A stretch of 64,000 bases of DNA from positions 1,454,309-1,518,308 of the forward strand of contig CAWBLI010000005.1 of the NCBI GenBank assembly GCA_963789615.1, written 5' to 3'. The notes below the pieces were generated by a model. The model had not been told where the DNA came from. It did not search any database and saw only the letters and a program-made list of their open reading frames with translations. This document shows positions 1 to 10,137 of the stretch, piece after piece; positions within the stretch are counted from its first letter, which is position 1; the number at the start of each line of letters is the position of its first letter. The position numbers were made by a program, and so were the translations under genes. The stretch comes from an uncultured Actinomycetota bacterium (GTDB lineage: Bacteria; Actinomycetota; Actinomycetes; JAFAQI01).

Positions 1-720
1 CGCCGGTCTCGAGACCGATTGCCAGGGGTGCCGCAAGCGGCGTCGAGGCGAGGACCATCGCCTGCGAGTGGGCGCCGCAGCCGTGGTCGACGGACACGAC
101 CCGTCCGTCGTCGGGCGCGTACTCGTTGGCGCAGGCGCCGAAGGCCTGCCGCAGCGCGCCGGCCAGCGGCACGTAGAACCCGCAGGTGGCGCACGGCGCG
201 GGGGCGGACTTGGCGATCGGCGCGGACGGTCCCGGCTCGCCGGCGTACCAGCGCTCGACCGCTTCTTCTCGGCCCTCGAAGGACAGCACCCGCTCGCGAC
301 CGAGGCCGAGCTCGAGGCTGACCTCCTGCTCCTCGACGTCGTCCGTGGAGAAGTACGCCGGCACCAGCCGCGGGTCCTCGGCGGTGGTGACGAGCAAGTC
401 GCCGACACCCAAGTCACCGGGGCGGAGCCGCTCGCTCCACGGCACCCACTCGGGCGCGAGGATGGCGTCCTCGCCCGGCAGCAGGACGACCTCATCGACC
501 GTCACGTTGCGTGCCCGTGCTGCCCGGGCCAGGGTGACGGCCCACCGCCACCCGACGTACGCCGGGTCGAGCGTCGCGAACAGGTGGGTGACGACGCGCT
601 CGCCGTCGACCTCGATACCGAGATGCTCTCCGACCAGCCCGGGGGCGTCGCTCTCCGCCGCGACGCGGGCGACCTCGACAGCGGCAGCGGTCACAGAGTC
701 CGGTGTCGCGGTCGCAGTCG
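1..720 (-). CDS. DUF3027 family protein (GTG start near 720; C-terminus runs off window start)
   Basis: Reverse translation from 720 gives VTSTATATPDSV...FSTDDVEEQEVSLELG...CATCGFYVPLAGALRQAFGACANEYAPDDGRVVSVDHGCG. The Cys-rich C-terminal region is typical of actinobacterial DUF3027. Conserved neighbour of the cold-shock protein and groEL2. Confidence 0.55.
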
Positions 721-731
721 AGGTCACGCGG

Positions 732-1118
732 TCAGACCTCGAGCTCGCTCGCGACCGCGCGCAGCACCTGGGCGATCCGCTGCGAGGTCTGCTTGTCCGG
801 GTAGCGGTTGCGCCGCAACGACGGAAGCACCTTGGAGTCCAGCAGCTTGATCATGTCGTCGACGAGACCGTGCAGCTCCTCGGCCGGGCGCCGGGTGGCC
901 GCGGCGACCGACGGGATCGGGTCGAGAACCCGCACCGACAGCGCCTGCTCACCGCGCCGGCCCTCGGCCACGCCGAACTCCACCCGGGCGCCGGGCTTCA
1001 GCGACGTGCCCTCCGGCAACGAGGACGCGTGCACGTAGACGTCGCTGCCCGCGTCGTCACGGGACAGGAAGCCGAAGCCCTTGTCCACGTCGAACCACTT
1101 GACACTGCCGGTAGGCAC
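732..1118 (-). CDS. cold-shock domain protein (CspA-like CSD plus C-terminal extension)
   Basis: N-terminus [30 protein letters not shown] is the canonical CSD RNP motif. TGA stop at 732. Confidence 0.8.
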   Translation of the reverse strand: MPTGSVKWFDVDKGFGFLSRDDAGSDVYVHASSLPEGTSLKPGARVEFGVAEGRRGEQALSVRVLDPIPSVAAATRRPAEELHGLVDDMIKLLDSKVLPSLRRNRYPDKQTSQRIAQVLRAVASELEV

Positions 1119-1210
1119 GCTGACCTCTTCGTCTCGATTGCGGGGTGCACTCAGGCGTGCACAGCTTCAGGCTAGCCGTCATTGCGCCGGGCGCGAGCCC
1201 GATTATGCGC

Positions 1211-2662
1211 TCATCGCCACCGGTCGGGGTCCGGCAGCAGCTCGTTCATCGAGCCGGACCGGAAGCCGCGCGGGTCCAGCTGGACCGTCTCGAACCCCTG
1301 GACCGCGTCGAGGATGCCCGGCCGGGCGGCGACGGCGGGCACCGCCTCGGGATCGACCTCCACCCGGGCCAGGTCGCCGAGATCCCGCACCCGCAGGTCG
1401 CGAATCGCGATGCCGTGCTCGGCCAGTGCCTCCCGCAGCGCGGCTTCGGCCCGTTCTACCCGGGACAGCCGATCGGCGGTGACCTCGACACCGAAGGCGA
1501 TCCGGCTCGACAGGCAGGCGGCGGCCGGCTTGTCCCAGGTCGCGAGCCCCCAGTCGTGGCTTGCCCGTCGCACCGACGCCTTGTCGAGACCGGCGTCGAG
1601 CAGCGGCGTGAGCGCGCCCCGCTCGGCGGCGGCGCGGATCCCGGGCCGGAAACCGGCCGCCACGTCGTCCGCGTTGGTGCCGGTCAGCACGTGCGCCACG
1701 CCCATCGAGGCGGCCAGCTCGGACAACACGTCGAGCAGCTCAGACTTGCAGAACCGGCAGCGGTCACCGGCGTTGGCGCGGTAGCCGTCGCGGGCGAGCT
1801 CGTCGGTGGTGGGCGTCACGTGACGCACCCCGAGTTCCCTGGCGAAGGCGCGGGCCGCGTCGAGCTCGCTGCCCGGCAGGCTCGGTGAGACCGCGGTGGC
1901 GGCGACGACCGACGCCGGGCCGAGGGCGCGCACGGCGGCGGCAAGCAGGAACGCCGAGTCGGCGCCCCCGCTGAACGCGACCATCACCGAGACGAGCCCG
2001 GCCAGCGCAGCGTTGAGCGCGTCGAGACGACCCGGGAGCAGGTATGACGAGAGCCAGCCGGCGAACTCCGTGAGGTCGTCGAGGACCACGTCGGCGCCGG
2101 CCTCGCGCAGCTCGGCGACGGTGTCGGCACCAGTAGCGACGGCGACGGCGGTGGCACCGGCGGTCCGGGCTGCGAGCATGTCGCCAGTGTGGTCACCGAC
2201 GTACACCGCGGCGGCCCGGTCCCGAAGCACCTCGCCCTTGTCCGGTCCCCAGACCCAGCCGACGACCTCGTCGGGGGTGAGCCCGAGCCGCTCGACCGTG
2301 GCCCGCACCGCGGGTTCGTTCTTGGCGCTCACGACGACCGACCGGCCGCCTTCCCGGCGTACCGCGTCCAGCGCCTCGACCGCGCCGGGCAGCAGCGTCG
2401 TCCGCTCGACGCCGAGCGTCATGAAATGGGCGCGGTAGCGGTCGGCGAGCTCACCGACCCGTTCCGGTGCCACCCAGTTGGCCAGCTCGACCTCGAGCAG
2501 CGGCCCGAGCCGGGTCGCCGCGAGCTCGCCGTCGATCTCGATGCCGGTCTCGTCAGAGACGGCGCGGTAGGTCGCCACGACGCCCGGCCGTGGGTCGGCG
2601 AGCGTCATGTCGAGGTCGAAACCGACGACGAGCGGGTGCGGCAGCCCCCGTCTCGTCGTCAT
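1211..2662 (-). CDS. HAD-family hydrolase fused to PP-loop ATPase (LarE-like ATP-dependent sulfur transferase)
   Basis: N-terminal half has HAD motifs (VVGFDLDMTLAD ... VYVGDHTGDMLAA). C-terminal half has the PP-loop SGGADS plus CRFCK, resembling LarE/TIGR00268. Confidence 0.65.
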   Translation of the reverse strand: MTTRRGLPHPLVVGFDLDMTLADPRPGVVATYRAVSDETGIEIDGELAATRLGPLLEVELANWVAPERVGELADRYRAHFMTLGVERTTLLPGAVEALDAVRREGGRSVVVSAKNEPAVRATVERLGLTPDEVVGWVWGPDKGEVLRDRAAAVYVGDHTGDMLAARTAGATAVAVATGADTVAELREAGADVVLDDLTEFAGWLSSYLLPGRLDALNAALAGLVSVMVAFSGGADSAFLLAAAVRALGPASVVAATAVSPSLPGSELDAARAFARELGVRHVTPTTDELARDGYRANAGDRCRFCKSELLDVLSELAASMGVAHVLTGTNADDVAAGFRPGIRAAAERGALTPLLDAGLDKASVRRASHDWGLATWDKPAAACLSSRIAFGVEVTADRLSRVERAEAALREALAEHGIAIRDLRVRDLGDLARVEVDPEAVPAVAARPGILDAVQGFETVQLDPRGFRSGSMNELLPDPDRWR

Positions 2663-2672
2663 TGCTCCGAGA

Positions 2673-3923
2673 CTAGAAGGCTCCGGTGCCCTCCGGCGTA
2701 CCGAGACCGGTCGGGCCGTCGTACCCGGACGTGCCGGTGCACAGGTAGCTGCCGCCGCAGGAACCGTTGCTGCCGCTGGTCACGTCGTTGAGCGAGCCGG
2801 TGTGGGCGTAGGCGAAGGACGCGCCGTTCGTGCTGGCGGCGTTGCCGGCGAGCGCGTAGACGCTCGCGATGATCGGCGAGGCCACGCTGGTGCCGCCGAA
2901 CTCCAGCCAGCCGGACTGGCCCTCGTTGGCGGTGGAGTCGTAGACCGCGACGCCGGTGTTCGGGTCGGCGTCGGCTGAGACGTCAGCGACGGTGCGGTTG
3001 GCGCAGCCGGTGTCGTGCTGCCACGACGGCTTCGGCTCGTACGACGAGCAGCCACTGCCGGTGCCGCCCTCGATGCCCGAGAGCGCGCCGTCGCCCCAGA
3101 CCGTCTCGCTCCAGCCTCGGCTGTTGCTGGCGGTGCTCAGCGAGGTGCCACCGACAGCCGTCACGGACGGAGCCGCCGCCGGGAACTCCACGCCGTACCC
3201 GCTGTCACCGGCGGAGGCCGTGATCGCGATCCCCGGGTGGTTGTAGGCGGAGTTGTCGGCGGTCTCGGAGGAGTCCTCGCTGCCGCCGTAGGAGTTGGAA
3301 ATCTCGGTCGCGCCCAGGGCGGCCGCCTCGTTCTCGGCCTTGACGAGGTCGGAGTCGTTCGCCGTGGACGCCTCGACGAGCAGGATGTGCGCGTTCGGTG
3401 CGATCGCGGAGACCATGTCGAGGTCGAGGGACTCCTCCTGCGCCCAGCCGGTGTCGGTGCTGGGCGGGGTGCTGCCGCCGTTCTCGTTCACCTTGGTGAA
3501 GCAGCCGTTGGCGGTGGTGCAGGCCGACTCGCCGTACTGCGACCGGTACGTCGCCAGGTCCTGGGCCGCGGTCGGGTCGTCGTAAGCGTCGACGATGGCG
3601 ACCGTCTGGCCGCTCCCGGCGCTGGCCGACGGCAGGTCGTAGGCCGACTGCAGGTCGGCCGGCCCGTAGCCCTCGGGGGTGGCGTTCGAGGCCAGCAGGC
3701 CGAACGTGCCGTTGGCGTAGGTCAGCTTCTTGGCCTTCAGCAGCGCCAGACAGGCGACCGACCCGGCCTTCGGAGTCGCGCAGCTCGGGACGAACGTGGT
3801 GGCGGTCGAGACGATCGTCCGGCCGGAGTTCGGCGCCGCGCTGGCGGACGTGGCCGCGGCCAGCGATCCGGTGACGATCAGTGCAGCCGTGGCGACCGCG
3901 AGTCCTGTCGGGTGGCGACGCAT
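2673..3923 (-). CDS. secreted sedolisin/subtilase-like serine peptidase (S53/S8 clan)
   Basis: Signal peptide MRRHPTGLAVATAALIVTGSLAAATSASA. GGTSVASP serine motif. Overall S53 kumamolisin-like pattern. Confidence 0.7.
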   Translation of the reverse strand: MRRHPTGLAVATAALIVTGSLAAATSASAAPNSGRTIVSTATTFVPSCATPKAGSVACLALLKAKKLTYANGTFGLLASNATPEGYGPADLQSAYDLPSASAGSGQTVAIVDAYDDPTAAQDLATYRSQYGESACTTANGCFTKVNENGGSTPPSTDTGWAQEESLDLDMVSAIAPNAHILLVEASTANDSDLVKAENEAAALGATEISNSYGGSEDSSETADNSAYNHPGIAITASAGDSGYGVEFPAAAPSVTAVGGTSLSTASNSRGWSETVWGDGALSGIEGGTGSGCSSYEPKPSWQHDTGCANRTVADVSADADPNTGVAVYDSTANEGQSGWLEFGGTSVASPIIASVYALAGNAASTNGASFAYAHTGSLNDVTSGSNGSCGGSYLCTGTSGYDGPTGLGTPEGTGAF

Positions 3924-4129
3924 GAGTCCTCCGAGCCGTGGATGGGGTGCCGTCGAGGCGAGACCTTATCCGAAAAGTCCGTTTTGTGGGATTTACCCGC
4001 ATTTCGTGCGACGGTAACGGCCGCGGTGGTAGCGGCCTTGTGGACAGCGCTGCGGGCTGTGGACGGCGCCAGCGGCCCCGCGTGCTCGCGCCCTACCGTG
4101 CGCTCCTACCCGTCCACCAGGAGGTCGTC

Positions 4130-4423
4130 ATGGCAGGGATACGCGTCACGCCGGAACAGCTGCAGGGGATGTCGGGCCGGGTGAGCGGCAGCGCGTCGTC
4201 GATCGAGGGTGAGCTCGCCGGACTCGCCGGGGCGCTGGCACCACTCGGCGGCGACTGGGCCGGGCTGGCCAGCCAGCGGTTCGAGCAGTTGTGGGCGGAG
4301 TGGCAGCGCAGCGCGCGCGGCCTGCACGAGGCGCTCACCGGGATCAGCACGCTGCTCAACCAGGCCGGCGCCCACTACGCCGAGGCCGAGCACGCCATCG
4401 CCGGCTCCTTCGGCGCCATGTAG
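4130..4423 (+). CDS. WXG100 family type VII secretion target (ESAT-6-like)
   Basis: 97 aa, MAGIRVTPEQLQGMSGRV...GGDWAGLASQRFEQLW...HYAEAEHAIAGSF. Has the W-x-G motif and helix-turn-helix length typical of EsxA/EsxB. Confidence 0.8.
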   Translation: MAGIRVTPEQLQGMSGRVSGSASSIEGELAGLAGALAPLGGDWAGLASQRFEQLWAEWQRSARGLHEALTGISTLLNQAGAHYAEAEHAIAGSFGAM

Positions 4424-4429
4424 CCCCGC

Positions 4430-4487
4430 CGAGTGCGACGCTTTAGCCCTTTGGGGCCGGTCAGTTAGGGACACAACGTCGCACTCG
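4430..4487. repeat. nested-hairpin repeat element, family A (copy 1)
   Basis: CGAGTGCGACG-N36-CGTCGCACTCG with inner GCCC/GGGAC stem. Begins 6 nt after the WXG100 TAG stop. Near-identical copies at 43537 and 33874. Confidence 0.6.
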
Positions 4488-4508
4488 ACGTGGGTCAGGG
4501 GTACGACG

Positions 4509-4545
4509 AAAAACAGGGGCGGCCCGGTTTCCCGGACCGCCCCTG
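4509..4545 (-). terminator. rho-independent terminator of groEL2
   Basis: On the minus strand: GC-rich 9-bp stem CAGGGGCGG/CCGCCCCTG with a 14-nt loop, followed by a TTTTT tract. Lies 28 nt past the groEL stop. Confidence 0.6.
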
Positions 4546-4572
4546 TCAGGCGTTGCGTGTGGTGCGAGCGGA

Positions 4573-6324
<1,752 letters not shown>

Positions 6325-6383
6325 TCACTCGACGACCCAGAGTGCCAGCTCCATTGTTAGCACTCACCCCTGTCGAGTGCAAG
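6325..6383 (-). promoter_or_regulatory. two tandem CIRCE (HrcA) operators upstream of groEL2
   Basis: TTAGCACTC-N9-GAGTGCAAG at 6357-6383 and a degenerate CACTC-N9-GAGTG copy at 6325-6347. Consensus is TTAGCACTC-N9-GAGTGCTAA. Confidence 0.7.
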
Positions 6384-6429
6384 GCATCCCGCGTGAGCGC
6401 CCTGCCCTGAGTGGGCCAGACGGGCGAAA

Positions 6430-6600
6430 CATGTTTGGGAGCGTTAAGGGCGGGGAATGCAAAGCCGATCTAGTGTGTGCGTGCCACCCAACCGGGTGAC
6501 CGCCGCCTCCGTTCGCCGAACCTGTCCGTCGGAGTGCGCCAATCAACCCATCGGACAGGACCGGGGACCCACGTCACTTGAAGCGCTTCGGCGCTCCTTG
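6430..6600 (+). ncRNA. candidate ydaO-type (cyclic-di-AMP) riboswitch in the 5' leader of the NlpC/P60 hydrolase
   Basis: The roughly 480-nt leader contains GGCGGGGAAUGC ... CCGGGUGACC ... CCGAACCUGUC ... CCGGGGACCCACG blocks reminiscent of ydaO consensus. This riboswitch class is known upstream of actinobacterial cell-wall hydrolases. Confidence 0.35.
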
Positions 6601-6686
6601 GGGTGAAGTCGACGAGATCCTTTCGCCGACCGGGCTAGCACCTGCCCGAACCCGACAGCTAACTCGGCAGGCGTCGGAGAGCACGC

Positions 6687-7265
6687 ATGACTTTTGCGTT
6701 CCTGCGCGCCCGAATGGGTGCTGTTGTCCTCGCCGGTCTGTTCGCCGGCACCGTCCTCGCCGTCTCCCCCACAGCTGCCAGCGCCTCGCCGGCAGCTGGG
6801 ACGGCGACCAACGCCACCGTGTCGCACCACCACCACCTCACGAAGAAGCAGCGGCACCACCGCCACGAGCTGAAGCTTCGTCACCGCTACGAGGTGAAGG
6901 TCCACAAGGTGCTGCACGAGGCCGCCAAGCAGCGCGGCAAGCCCTACGTGTACGGCGCGGCCGGCCCGCACTCCTTCGACTGCTCCGGCCTCGTGATGTA
7001 CGTGTTCCGTCACGCCATCGGCAAGTCCCTTCCCCACAACGCGGCCGCGCAGTACGGCGTCACGCACCACATCTCGCGCAAGCACCTGCGGCGCGGTGAC
7101 CTGGTGTTCGTCGACAACGGCGGCTACATCTCGCACGTGGGGATCTACGCGGGACACAGTTCCAGTCACCGCTACTGGTGGGTCGCGCCGCACACCGGCG
7201 AGCGCGTCCACAAGCAGCCGATCTACCAGGCGCACTTCCTGTACGGCGAGGTCCTTCGCCCCTGA
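6687..7265 (+). CDS. secreted NlpC/P60 family peptidoglycan endopeptidase
   Basis: Signal peptide, His-rich linker, catalytic DCSGLV Cys motif and the HVGIY His motif. Confidence 0.85.
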   Translation: MTFAFLRARMGAVVLAGLFAGTVLAVSPTAASASPAAGTATNATVSHHHHLTKKQRHHRHELKLRHRYEVKVHKVLHEAAKQRGKPYVYGAAGPHSFDCSGLVMYVFRHAIGKSLPHNAAAQYGVTHHISRKHLRRGDLVFVDNGGYISHVGIYAGHSSSHRYWWVAPHTGERVHKQPIYQAHFLYGEVLRP

Positions 7266-7350
7266 CCGGACGATCGACACGCTCTTGTCGCGACAGCGGC
7301 CCGCTACCGACCAGGTGGCGGGCCGTTCGTCGTACCGGGTCGGTTGCGGC

Positions 7351-7628
7351 TCAGCCGCCCGCGACGGCCGGGATGATCGAGACGCTCGCGCCGTCGGGCG
7401 TCGGCGTCTGGAGCCCCTCGGCGAAGCGCACGTCCTCGTCACCGACGTAGACGTTGACGAACCGCCGCAGCTTGCCGTCGTCGTCCAGCACCCGGGCCCG
7501 GATGCCGGGATGGTCGGCATCGAGGCCGTCGAGCACCTCCGCAAGCGTCCGGCGCCGGTCACGTCGACCTCGGCCGAGCCGCCGGTCAGGCCCCGCAGGA
7601 TCGTCGGGATCCGGACGCTGACGCTCAT
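7351..7628 (-). pseudogene. MoaD/ThiS-family sulfur-carrier-like protein ending in GG; frameshifted in this assembly
   Basis: N-terminus MSVSVRIPTILRGLTGGSAEVDVTGAG is in one frame; C-terminus TLAEVLDGLDADHPGIRARVLDDDGKLRRFVNVYVGDEDVRF...IIPAVAGG is in another. One base is missing in the gccgg run at about 7550-7556. Confidence 0.6.
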
Positions 7629-8921
7629 GACGCGAGCCCGGCGTCGCGGAACGCGTCGAGCGACGCCCGGATCGTGGCGGTCGGGCGGGCCACCGGCTCG
7701 ACGGCGTCCAGCGTCTTGAGCCCGTCACCGGTGTTGAGGATGACCGTCTCGGCGTCCGGGTCGAGCTGACCCGAGGCGAGCAGCTTGCGCAGCGTCGCCA
7801 CCGTCACGCCGCCCGCCGTCTCACCGAAGACGCCGGTCGTCTGGGCGAGCAGCCGGATCCCGTCGACGACCTCGTCGTCGGTGACGTCCGCAATCGCCCC
7901 ACCGGTACGACGGACGACGTCGAGCGCGTAGGGCCCGTCGGCCGGGTTGCCGATCCCGAGCGACTTGACGATCCCGCTCGGGCGCACCGGCTGGACGACG
8001 TCCTGCCCGGCCTGGAAGGCCGCCGACACCGGCGAGCAGCCGGCCGACTGCGCCCCGAAGACGGCGTACGGCGTGTCCTCGACCAGACCCAGCTTGGCGA
8101 GCTCGCGCCACGCCTTGTCGACCTTGGTGAGCAGCGATCCCGGACGCGATCGGGACGACGACCTGCTGCGGCAGCCGCCAGCCGAGCTGTTCGGCCACCT
8201 CGTAGCCCACCGTCTTCGAGCCCTCGGCGTAGAAGGGGCGGACGTTGACGTTGACGAAGGCCCACGGCAGCTCGCCGGCGACCTCGGCGCAGAGCCGGTT
8301 GACGTCGTCGTAGGAGCCCTCGACGGCGATCAGGGTCCCGCCGTACACCGCGGTCGTGATCACCTTGCCGGCCTCGAGGTCGTGCGGGATGAACACCACC
8401 GAGCGCATCCCGGACCGGGCACAGGCGGCCGCCACCGCGTTCGCGAGGTTGCCGGTCGACGCCGCCGACAGCACCGCGAAGCCCATCGCCTTGGCCGCCG
8501 AGGCAGCGACCGCCACGACCCGGTCCTTGAACGAGTGCGTGGGGTTCCCGCTGTCGTCCTTCACCCACAACGAACGCATCCCGAGCTCGGCGGCGAGCTT
8601 CTCTGCCGGCACCAGGCGCGTCATGCCGACCTGGAGGTCGACCAGCGGCGCGGCCGGCAGCAGTCCGCCGTACCGCCACATGGTGCGAGGGCCGGCTTCG
8701 ATCGAGGCGCGCGTGACCAGGCGCATCGCGGCCTCGTCGTAGCTGATCTCGAGCGGACCGAAGCACATCTCGCAGACGTGGGACGGGCCGAGGTCGTAGG
8801 TCGCGCCGCACTCGCGGCAGGCCAGGCCGGCCGCGGAGCCGAACCCGGACGTGGAGGGTCGATCGATCAACGAAGTCATGACACCAGAGCCTTCATCATC
8901 TTTCCCGCGGGCTGGGCCCAC
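7625..8921 (-). pseudogene. thrC: threonine synthase with N-terminal zinc ribbon; +1 frameshift at about 8141-8146
   Basis: ORF 7821-8921 carries CRECGATYDLGPSHVCEMC plus PLP lysine region SFKDR and reads to ...PIASG. ORF 7625-8029 carries the ThrC C-terminus QDVVQPVRPSGIVKSLGIGNPADG. The junction tccgggatcgctgctcacc has one extra base. Confidence 0.7.
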
Positions 8922-9060
8922 GGGCCGGACTTGGCACCTGCCCTCACGGGTGGTTGCCGGGGCTTCACCGGGCCGGTCCCTCTGCCCCTCTGGATGACGT
9001 GCGACCCGGAAGCCGCACCGTCTCAGTGTGTCACATGCCTCGCACGCTCAGCGCAGCGCG

Positions 9061-9681
9061 TCAGCCGGTCCAGAACCGCGTGACGACCAGGACCAGATCA
9101 GGGGAATGCAGACCGCCCTCGGACTGCGGCTCGAGGCGCTGGATCTGACCGAAATCGTGCGCGAGGTGCTCGGCCGCGGCGAGCCCGTTCGGCGGGTAGT
9201 AGACGGTCGTCTCGGCGACCCGGCCACGCAGGTTCCCGATCTGCCCCAACGGCCAGCCGCGGCTCTCGACCTCCGCGGCGACGTGATGGGCCAGCCCGTG
9301 GATCCGGGAGTTGTTCAGCACCGACACGGGGGCGAAGGCCGTGTCACTGGCGGCCGGCGACGGGCTGCTGCGCGGTGTGGCGTGATGGTGGGTGGGATGC
9401 GGGGTCGGCGTGTGGTGGGCGTGCGTGGGCACCGGCGACGGTGAGCCGACGACGGACGTCGTGTGCACGGGCGACGCGACCGGCTGGTGTGTGGCCGGCG
9501 CGACGGCCGCGTTGGAGCCGTTGCCGTTGCCATTGCGGCCGTTGATCCAGATCAGCAGGACGATGACGACGACAACGACCACGACAGCGGTCAGCGGGGC
9601 AGCCAGCCGGGTGAGCGTGCGGCGCGCGCCGCTGGGCGCCCGGTGGCTCTGCGGCCGCTCGGGCGGATACCAGTCAGCCAT
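9061..9681 (-). CDS. membrane-anchored LytR_C (cell-envelope-related attenuator C-terminal) domain protein
   Basis: TM helix AVVVVVVVIVLLIW, His/Pro/Thr-rich linker, and a C-terminal LytR_C-like region (VLNNSRIHGLAHHVAAEVESRGW...VYYPP). Confidence 0.6.
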   Translation of the reverse strand: MADWYPPERPQSHRAPSGARRTLTRLAAPLTAVVVVVVVIVLLIWINGRNGNGNGSNAAVAPATHQPVASPVHTTSVVGSPSPVPTHAHHTPTPHPTHHHATPRSSPSPAASDTAFAPVSVLNNSRIHGLAHHVAAEVESRGWPLGQIGNLRGRVAETTVYYPPNGLAAAEHLAHDFGQIQRLEPQSEGGLHSPDLVLVVTRFWTG

Positions 9682-9753
9682 CGGGACACTCGAACCACAC
9701 GACCGCGCGTTGCATCAGCCAGCCCTCCGGGCCCGGTCGGTCGTTGGTGGGGG

Positions 9754-10047
9754 TCAGACCTCGATGCCGAGGCGACGAGCGGAACGCGCGCGCTGCCGCG
9801 CTGCCCGCAGCCGGCGCAGCCGCTTGACCAGCATCGGGTCGGCGGCCAACGCCTCCGGCCGGTCGAGCAGCGCGTTGAGCACCTGGTAGTAGCGGGTGGC
9901 CGACATGTCGAACAGCTCGCGGACCGCCTGCTCCTTGGCGCCGGCGTACTTCCACCACTGGCGCTCGAAGGCCAGGATGTCGCGGTCACGGTCGGACAGC
10001 TCGCCGACCGCCGCTCCCTGGCCGGACAGTGCTCCCGCAGCACTCAT
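9754..10047 (-). CDS. DUF3263 domain protein
   Basis: LSDRDRDILAFERQWWKYAGAKEQAVRELFDMSATRYYQVLNALLD is the hallmark DUF3263 core. Start chosen at MSAAGAL. Confidence 0.55.
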   Translation of the reverse strand: MSAAGALSGQGAAVGELSDRDRDILAFERQWWKYAGAKEQAVRELFDMSATRYYQVLNALLDRPEALAADPMLVKRLRRLRAARQRARSARRLGIEV

Positions 10048-10137
10048 GGCGCACTCCAACGATTGACGTCCTCGAACTACAGCTGTGTCATTCTGGCACA
10101 TGTCGGCCACCTGACGGTGCAGGACCGGGGGCACGGA

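Noticed and set aside
8922-9060. Possible riboswitch/T-box leader upstream of thrC
   Set aside because: No specifier/T-box or SAM/lysine riboswitch consensus blocks found. The region is short and partly the 3' end of the LytR_C gene.
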